Part shown: positions 53,347 to 61,266 of the stretch, in pieces
Layout: the number at the start of each line of letters is the position of its first letter
Position numbering within the stretch: the first letter of the stretch is position 1
Origin: Carpediemonas membranifera BICM
Lineage: Eukaryota; Protista; Fornicata
Direction: 5' to 3'
Assembly: GCA_019828565.1 (NCBI GenBank)
Contig: JAHDYR010000022.1
Coordinates: forward strand, 1 to 64,000
DNA: 64,000 bases
Notes under the pieces: generated by a model
Told to the model about the DNA's origin: nothing
Seen by the model: only the letters and a program-made list of their open reading frames with translations
Databases searched by the model: none
Made by a program: the position numbers and the translations under genes

Positions 53347-56300
53347 GACGATCTGTGCCGACACTGTTTGCGAACAGCGAATTACGACATGCACGCTGCG
53401 AAGGCCTCAAGGCCGTCCATTACGCGTGCTACGAACGTTTTCTAGCGTTTCCATCGCCGGCAAGCCGACCATGTTTCGTGAAGGTACGTTTCTCAACGTG
53501 CTGGAAGCTTCCGACGAACGATGTCCGCCGAAAACCACCCCAAGACGGTTCGCATTGAGCTTTCGCTCGGCGCTTTCCGTCCTGTTTCTTGCTAATAGCA
53601 ACGCTACTAGCTAGCAATGCAACCAACCCGCGTTCAGCGCGCCCGTTTGTCGACGGTCGTCTTACGAACCATTCCTTACAGTCAGTCCGTAACTTTCGCT
53701 ACGAACCTTTCCATTCGGAAAGTGGGTCTCTCAGAATTCCTTTCGGAACCCTAAGCATGAGAGAGCTTTTCGCTGTTTTTCACTTTCGCTACTTCAGTTT
53801 ACTAACTACCTCTCTCATAGGTACCAACGCGGAATTTTTGAAAACTCCAGTTTGATCGAGTACGCATGCTCACGGGGGAGCTGGGAGGTGCCCCATTGCC
53901 GATTCGGGAGCAATGTTGGGGGTGAAAAAGAGGACTGTGATATTGCCGAGGCACAATTTTTAATTTAAGTGCCTTTTCCGGGCATAGTCAACGCTGGTCA
54001 AAAAAGTGACTCGGACCTCCCCCCCGTAGTTTTAGCTAGAAATGATCCTCAGGAACTCTCAGCTACCACCTCCGACTAGAACTAGTCGAGTCGTTGCCCC
54101 CTCGGAGCGACCTAAAACTGCCATCGAGCTCAGCGGCCGGGGAAGTGCAGCCAGTGATTCGGGATTGAAACAAGCCCCGTCTGGTACATAACTACGCTTT
54201 ATAGTAATGGTGGTTGGTGGGCTGAGGTCCTTGTTGACCAAGGAAGACTGAAAAAATGTCTTTTCTTTGAATAACTCAGGCAGACCTGGAGCTGGCAACC
54301 GTTGTCTCACCCATCCTAGAGGGCTTATATAGCTCTAGTAATGGGTGCAGAGACAGCTCTATCGCTTGCTTATTGGGTGAGCTGAGGTCGCTCAAAGTTG
54401 GGATCCGCGAGGTCGACCCCCCAAGGAGGCTTTTTTAGAACCGTGCCAATTGCCGATCACATAACTACTATAGGTATAAGGATGCATGGTAGAGTGGCTA
54501 GCCTCAGGTTTATTCCTGGCGGCCAGACTGGATGGTGCTTGCCTGTCACTTGACGCGATCAAAGATAATTAAAGAAAGCATCTGTATTGGGTAGCGTGTG
54601 TACCATACGTCTTTCTATGTCCTATAGTGTTGTGTTTTGCCATTGGTTTGGCTCCAGCTCGCATCTGCCCGTCGTTGGAGATCGCTCTTGGCGGGACCAA
54701 AATCGACCTTGATCGCGACCGTGTGAACGCTGTAGACATTCTAGATGGCTTAAAGTGCCACCATCGCTCTAACTAAGCTTACTAATTGGGTTGGTGGTAC
54801 TGGTTGTGTCAGCGGACACTTTGATTCAGTCAAACTGAAGTCAGCCTGGCGCTTCCAGAAATCGGTCAGTAGAGATGCCAGACACGAGCAAGTGCACAGA
54901 TAGTCCTAATACTGGCTCTAGAGCATGGATTCACTGCGTGTCCCGCGCTCCCACACCTCAAAGGTCTTGACTGGAACACGGATTTCGACCATCTCAAAAG
55001 TGACCCGCCCAAGTGTCAGTATTCACTCAGTCCACTAACATCCCAGTGTTAGCCCAATCCAAGTCTATTGCCCCACTTTCAGCCCTCTACGACGTCCCAA
55101 CTGAATTCCGAAAGTGGCTGTCCGAAGGCTCCGGGCCGCTGAACCGGGTGAAACTGACCATCGAGTTCAGGCCTGGCTCCTGGGCAAATGCACTCTATAT
55201 GGCCCTAGATGGCGGCGTTATGGTCAGATCCGAGGTCTGAGGTCTGATGGAGTCAAGTCGAGTCGGTCGAAATTCACTTTTCGCCTAGAGCCGCTGGAGT
55301 GTCAGTGTGCACCCAGCCCACGTCCATCCTAGTTTTAGACGTATCTAAGGCTATTGCCCCACTTACAGTCTCTGGCTGGGTGTCATCCGAATTCAGTGGT
55401 GCCGAACTCGGTGCTCAGCGTCGCCACCGCGATCACGGCTGACACTGAGTTCAAAGCTGTTAGTGGGGCAATCGCACTCTATCCAGGCCTAGTAGCTGTA
55501 GTTACGCCAGTGGGTGCAGGCTGAGGGTGTATTGAGTCAAACTGAGTCGTCATTTTCGACGACTCCAGAAATTAAGGTTGGGAGTTTAAAAAATAAATAT
55601 GGGTCAGCCATCCTGTATGAGCTTCTCTTACAGTGCAATGGTGTGAGTTTCAGCCCTCTCCGACCTCTACTCGTCATGTTCGATGTCGGTCGAAATCGAA
55701 GATCGGATTGACTCCAAACGCATACTTCCAGTGTGCGCCCGCTGGTAATGGCCCGGATCCAGATGTTAGAGGGCTATACAAGCATTATGGCAGAGCGACA
55801 GCGATTCGATGGTAGTAGTCGAGGTGACGGCATCGCTCAGCTTCGGACCCGCAGTCTCGGGAGGATTTCGAAAGTCAGGTGAACATGTCGCCAACCAAAT
55901 TGATGGTCGATATAGCTTCGGAATGGGCTCTAAAGCATGCATGCACGCACCATTTTGAGTGATGGAGTCTGGGATGACATGGGGTCTGACCGACCCAGAC
56001 CGATTTTGCTGTGTGCCAAAGGGCCGGCCTCCCGGCCTGCCCTTGCACACGCTTGGTCCTTCCCCTCCCCCGCGTCGACTGCCCCGGGCTCCGCCCTCGC
56101 AGCTGCGCTACTCGGGAATTTGGTCGGCTCAACCTTGGAATCGACGTATCTCACGAAGGAGGGGTATTTGAGCTCCCGCGCTGCGCCAGGGCGTTTTACA
56201 CGGTTAGATAAGCATGCTCCCGCAGTTTTAGGACCCAATTCGGTCTGTAGCCCGAGTTCTGCCCAAATTGGTATTCGATTTACATATTACAGGGGGCGGG

Positions 56301-56539
56301 GCCCGGTATACATGCCGGGATGGTGGGCTAGTCTTTCTTTCTTTCCCCCCTCTCTTCTCCTCTCCTCTCCTTCCTCTCTCTCCCGGCGTTCGGACGGGCT
56401 GGGGGCGGGTTGGGCTGACTGACGGCTGGCTGACTGAACGAATGAAAGAATGGCAGAGAGAACGGCTACAGGTATGCAATGAAGGGCGCTGAACACGATG
56501 GCGCATAGTGTGGGCGATGAACGGGCGCAAAAGGCAAAA

Positions 56540-56614
56540 GTCTACGACATCCCGTATTCCCGAGTGGTCTCCCACCTCAGTACTGACGATTGGGACTGAG
56601 ACAAGCCCGTAGAC
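56540..56614 (-). pseudogene. Truncated or chimeric 5S at the array border (3' 50 nt identical to 5S; 5' part replaced)
   Basis: 56540-56589 matches the 5S 3' half exactly and keeps the terminator. Sequence then diverges, but CCGTAGAC (5S nt 1-8, antisense) reappears at 56607-56614. Confidence 0.8.
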
Positions 56615-57751
56615 GGCGTAAAAGGACCCAGCGCCGTTCCTGTCACAGGACCATCACTGGCACCTGCGCGCGCCGATCAATGTGCACTTTAGGTCACACT
56701 TCGAAACGCATCGGCAGGTGTCGGAGCCGTTTCGGACCTGACCGGATCGCGAGACGAGGATTTACCCGGGTCTGTCATAAGAGCTCGGGGAAGCCACCCG
56801 AAGTAAATACTCGCCCCCCCCCCATTTTGGTTGGATTTAAGAGGAGGGCTCTCTGTTATAGAGCCACACTTTGTGGACTGCCAAAAAGGTTTGCGCTGGC
56901 AAAAAGATTACAGTTGCTCTCAGCTTTCTGCGACTGGCCAAGACGCCAGACAAGTAGTGATTAAAATCCGCGTCGGGGAGACAGCACGAAAATTGCCCCA
57001 GACCTTGATGTTGCTTAGTACAGCTGGGATCGGCAGTTGGTGCCGGGGCTGGGGCCGTGCATGGGCATGGTGCGGGCCGGCACCGGAGGACGGGGGGTAC
57101 CGCGGGAGGTACAGTACCTATAAAGGTAGCAATGTGTTAGATGATCCTCATACTGTCACATGGCGTGCCGAGAGGTGCTCCAGGGCGGCGTGGCTGGGGT
57201 GTGCTCCGGATGGAACTCCTGGGCCAAATTTCTACCCTTGGGGAGAGCTACATAGATGAACAAGCTACAGAGAGCGTATAGTGATACTAGAAGACATATC
57301 ACGAGGGCTGTGCTTGCAGTACTTCTGAGTATAGCGGGTTCTCGGTGTCATCGCCGAAAGTGGCACAGTGAGATGTCTTCAAGCGCTTGAACCACAAAGC
57401 AGCATTATTAAAGTCATATTAGCCTCATTACTTCGCTTTCACGTGATTCTGATGACCTCACCAACACCTTCAAACCATCGCTCGAGCTCTGCGACCCAAT
57501 TCGCTGAAAATCGAATCGGCCGGCCATGGCCACCAGGGCGCCAACAGCCTGTCCAAACGAGTCTATACGGGCTAGAAGGGGCATAGGAGGTCTCATTAGC
57601 TCGCACCAGCCTAACGCTTCCAGGAGCACGAATGCTCAACGCTAGATGCGAGAGCAGGACGTGCCCTGTAAAACACCAAGTGATTAAATTACATGAACGC
57701 CAGGACTGCATTCATTCATGCTACTTTATGTTCTGCATGTCCGGCGAAAGC

Positions 57752-60700
57752 TCACCAAGCGAAGCCTGCTCCCAGGTCAGGCATGGTGTCGACGACCTTG
57801 ACGCCCCTGTCGATGAGGATCTCGTTGCATGTGACAAGCTGGTAGATGGTGACTACCTTGTTGTACGCGTCCGGGTCCATCTCCACCGCCCGGTTGAGCA
57901 TGTCCTCGAGATACTGGCCGGGGGGGTTGTCGACCATGGCGCCGATGACCGCGGCCATCTGGGCCTCGTCTGTCACCTGCTTCCGCTGCTCGGCGATGCG
58001 GTTGATGATGCTGGCGTGTCTGGGCGTCAGATGCCGCAGCTTGACCTCCACAGTGCGCTTGATGACCTCCTGCATGCGAGCATCGTCGTCTTCCTCCTTG
58101 AGCATCGAGTGCATCTCCTCGAGGGCCTCCACTGCTAGGTCTGCCTTCCCAGCGTTCTCAGCAACACGCGCGAGTCGCCACAGCACGTCCTCAATGACAT
58201 GGGCGGACGCGCCACTCTCGCGGCTCAGCTGCAGCGCCATGGTCAAGTTATCAACGGCGTCATCGAACTTCCCGACCTCGCTGTTCATATCCGCCAACTG
58301 GGCGAGGCAGCCGGCCGTTCGTCCACTGGCGGGCTCGATGTTGCGGAGGATGTACAGCGCCCTCATCTGCATCGACAGCGCCTCGGATTTGAGGTCGGAC
58401 GTTCCGGCAGACCAGGCGAGGGCAGCACACCGCTGGAGGTAGAGGGCCACGGTGGGGTGGGTGCCGCCCAGCAGCCGGATGGACATGTCCAGCGCCCGGT
58501 TGGCGTGGTCGACGGCGAGTCTCTGGGAGCCGATCGTCGTGTACGCCAATGCCATCATGTCCTGTGCAACGACGAGAGAGAGCGCACTCGTGCCGCCGTG
58601 CCACGCACCAATGCGGACTGCATGCTTGAATGCGAGGCTGCCGAGCTCCGTGTCGCCCTCCGAGAAGGCCGCCGGGATGAGTGCCGAGTACGCGATGACC
58701 GACGTGCCGTGGAACTTCCGTCCGAGCCCAAGGGCGATGCGGGCATAGAGACCGGCAGCGGGGAACTCGTTGTGTCGGGCGTGAAGCACCGCGAGCTCGG
58801 CGAACACTGGGGCGAGGAGGGGCGTGGCGACGCCGTACAGCCGCGAGAGGACGTCGACTCTGAGGTTGAGCCGCTGCTTGGCCTCGTTGGCGGCCATGCG
58901 GTCGATGTTCCCGCTCTGGAGGGCGGTGACGTCGTTGAACACCACGGGGGCGTGTACTCGGGGCTCGAGTCGGAGCAGTCGCCTGGTCGTGAGGGGGGTG
59001 GCCGTGCTGAAGTTGTAGTCGTCTGTGTCGTGGAAGACAGCGCCCGTGTGCTCCTGCAGCGCAGTCAGCACCATGGGGCGGCATACGTTCTTCAGGTCGA
59101 CCGTGAATCCGTAGTCCTCCTCGATGACCGGGACCAGCGTCTCCGTCCAGAACTGGGTGCTCTCCGGCCCGGATCCGAGGACAAGGTTGAATAGGTCGAC
59201 AATGATGGACTTAAACTGGGTCCCCGTGTAGTCGTCGTCGGGCTCCTCCATGATGGGGAAGCCCTCAGCGTCGTACTGAGTCTCGGGCTGGACACCGTGT
59301 CGGGCAAAGAATCGCGTCATGCGTCGCAGAGAGTCGTTCAGGATTGTCTTCGCCGTGCGTGCAATCATCTCAGTAACGGCGTGCTGTCTGACGTGCGGCA
59401 CACGAGACAGCCGGGCGACGAGCCCGAGGTACCTCACGTTGACGCCCGCCCGGTGCAAGTACTGGGTCAGCTCGAAGGACGTGTGGAAAGGGGAGTCGAG
59501 CGAGTCGAGAGCCCGGACGACAGCGGGGATGACCTCCTGGGTGAGGCGCCGGGAGGCGTTGAGGGCGTCGGTGTCGATCTCCTGCTGGTCAGGATCGACC
59601 CCACCGACGTTGCAGTAGGAGTCGGACGACAGGGGTGTCTCCAGCTTGGCCATGTACTCGGGCCTGAGGAACTTGACGAGGTACTCATCCGTACGGGGCC
59701 TGGGGATGTCCGCGGGCAGGATGCGGCTCGTGTTGAGGACCAGGTACGACCGGTCCTTGGCGCGGCCCACCAGGTGAAGCTGGAGCTCGGACGACAGCGG
59801 GATCGTGAACAGCATGCGGTTCGAGAAGACGACGTGCGGCCTAAGGTGCATCTTGGTCGCCACCTCGTGAAGCATCTCGTTGCCGAGGTCGTCGCTGATG
59901 TATCCGCCCTCGTTGAAGCCCTGCACCATCGTAGTGGGGTACGACGCGTCCACGATGGCCATGGCGATGACCCGGAAGCCGCGATAGTCGACGTTCACCA
60001 TGAGCGGCGTGTTGAGGTGCTCCACGTCGGTTGACACGAGCAGCCCCTGCCCCCGCAGCTCCGCCGCCGCGATCTTCATGGCGAGGTGGTCCTCCTCGGC
60101 GACCTCCTCCGTGTCAGCGGCCTCCTGGTCAGACACGTTGGGCGACTGTGCCAGACGGAATATGATGCCGTTCCTCTGCCACACAGTGTCCCGGAAGATG
60201 TGTTTCATGGCGTTGGGGTCGCGGCGCTTCTTAACCTTCTTCTCCCCGACGAGGGGCACGGTCGTCTCGTGCGGCTCGAGGTGCAGCTCCTCGACAATCT
60301 GACGCGCCGTCTCTCGGGCAGTCTCGGCGAACTGGCCCTGGATGTGGTAGATGGCCAGCGTCTTCTCAAGCCTGTCCTCGAACGTCTCCTTCGGCATCTT
60401 CATCACGTCGTTCCATGACTTAGTCCAGTCGGTCACACGGACGCGCCCCAGCTCGGGCTGAAGCGCTATGATGCCGTCGACAATCTTCGCCTCTTGCACT
60501 GCCCTGCTATCTGGCTCAGGCTCCTTCTTACCGCCCTTCTTGCCGTGTTCGGGCTCTGGGTCGGCGAAGTAGTTGAACTCGCTCACAGGAGTCTCAGAGG
60601 GGGCCGGCTGCATGTCGCTGAAGGGGAAGAGGGGTGGCTGCTGGGCCTGAGAGTCTGGGTTGAGGGGGTCTGGTATCAGCGACTGCGTCGGGGCCCTCTC

Positions 60701-61123
60701 TATGAAGGGGATCTCCTCGTCGGCATGGTCAACCGCAAACCGGGACGACGACGGCTCAACGCCCGGCACAAAGTTAGCAAGGGATTCGAGGACCTCTAGG
60801 CGCATTGGGGAGTGCTCTGGCCGGACACAGAGGGTGCTGTCTCGGTGAGTGATCGCTGAATGGAAATCATCCCGGGCCGTCTGAGTGCCAAACCCGATGA
60901 TTACATTATCATGCGATGGCCTAAGCTTGATCTGGACAATATGGTCAAAAGGGACCTTCTTGCTCGTCGTTGTAGTAAAAATTGTCTTGTCTGTAAAGGG
61001 AATCTCGACTTCTAGAGAAGGAACCTGCAAGCTGGTCCGGAAAAGCAGTATTTCCGTGCTCACATACTTCCCCTTTGTCGCTGCACACTTAATGGAGGCA
61101 GTACAGACGAGAACGGGCTGCAT
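57752..61123 (-). CDS. Clustered-mitochondria (Clu1/CLUH/Tif31-family) protein: CLU domain, CLU central domain and C-terminal TPRs, 1123 aa
   Basis: Long uninterrupted ORF. Family motifs recognised by eye: AAAELRG, VDYRGFRVIA, YLVLNTSRILPAD, FLRPE, LTQYLHRAGVNVRYLG, EMIARTAKTIL, and kinesin-light-chain-type TPRs (LLGGTHPTVA). Orthology to CLUH is not established. Confidence 0.88.
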   Translation of the reverse strand: MQPVLVCTASIKCAATKGKYVSTEILLFRTSLQVPSLEVEIPFTDKTIFTTTTSKKVPFDHIVQIKLRPSHDNVIIGFGTQTARDDFHSAITHRDSTLCVRPEHSPMRLEVLESLANFVPGVEPSSSRFAVDHADEEIPFIERAPTQSLIPDPLNPDSQAQQPPLFPFSDMQPAPSETPVSEFNYFADPEPEHGKKGGKKEPEPDSRAVQEAKIVDGIIALQPELGRVRVTDWTKSWNDVMKMPKETFEDRLEKTLAIYHIQGQFAETARETARQIVEELHLEPHETTVPLVGEKKVKKRRDPNAMKHIFRDTVWQRNGIIFRLAQSPNVSDQEAADTEEVAEEDHLAMKIAAAELRGQGLLVSTDVEHLNTPLMVNVDYRGFRVIAMAIVDASYPTTMVQGFNEGGYISDDLGNEMLHEVATKMHLRPHVVFSNRMLFTIPLSSELQLHLVGRAKDRSYLVLNTSRILPADIPRPRTDEYLVKFLRPEYMAKLETPLSSDSYCNVGGVDPDQQEIDTDALNASRRLTQEVIPAVVRALDSLDSPFHTSFELTQYLHRAGVNVRYLGLVARLSRVPHVRQHAVTEMIARTAKTILNDSLRRMTRFFARHGVQPETQYDAEGFPIMEEPDDDYTGTQFKSIIVDLFNLVLGSGPESTQFWTETLVPVIEEDYGFTVDLKNVCRPMVLTALQEHTGAVFHDTDDYNFSTATPLTTRRLLRLEPRVHAPVVFNDVTALQSGNIDRMAANEAKQRLNLRVDVLSRLYGVATPLLAPVFAELAVLHARHNEFPAAGLYARIALGLGRKFHGTSVIAYSALIPAAFSEGDTELGSLAFKHAVRIGAWHGGTSALSLVVAQDMMALAYTTIGSQRLAVDHANRALDMSIRLLGGTHPTVALYLQRCAALAWSAGTSDLKSEALSMQMRALYILRNIEPASGRTAGCLAQLADMNSEVGKFDDAVDNLTMALQLSRESGASAHVIEDVLWRLARVAENAGKADLAVEALEEMHSMLKEEDDDARMQEVIKRTVEVKLRHLTPRHASIINRIAEQRKQVTDEAQMAAVIGAMVDNPPGQYLEDMLNRAVEMDPDAYNKVVTIYQLVTCNEILIDRGVKVVDTMPDLGAGFAW

Positions 61124-61266
61124 AGGATTTCTTGCAGGTGCAGATTATGCCAAAATTTCTCAGTGGAAGAACGGGGCAAGGCAGGGCCGCCTCAGCCTAG
61201 ACCGTGCACCGACAGCGCCAGGGCGCGTCAGGTCGGCATCTTTGCGCACCAGGGGCATTTCCCCAG

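Larger units (their letters stand above)
30..56589 (-). repeat. Tandem rDNA array, ~5.9 units of ~9.53-9.57 kb (18S-5.8S-28S plus linked 5S)
   Basis: The same landmarks recur at about 9.55 kb period, e.g. the 18S 5' end at 5628, 15184, 24746, 34293, 43857 and 53346. Identity to the other units ends at 56589. Confidence 0.99.

Noticed and set aside
11-56575. Hundreds of 60-170 aa ORFs within the array
   Set aside because: They overlap rRNA genes or spacer, change frame between units and show no recognisable domain. No long ORF (homing endonuclease, RT) appears even in the cleanest unit 6 spacer.
56615-56745. U5-loop-like CCTTTTAC and SRP helix-8-like CAGGTCCGAAACGG on the minus strand
   Set aside because: The loop geometry does not fit U5 loop I and no Sm site was seen. 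The AGCAG partner of SRP helix 8 is missing.
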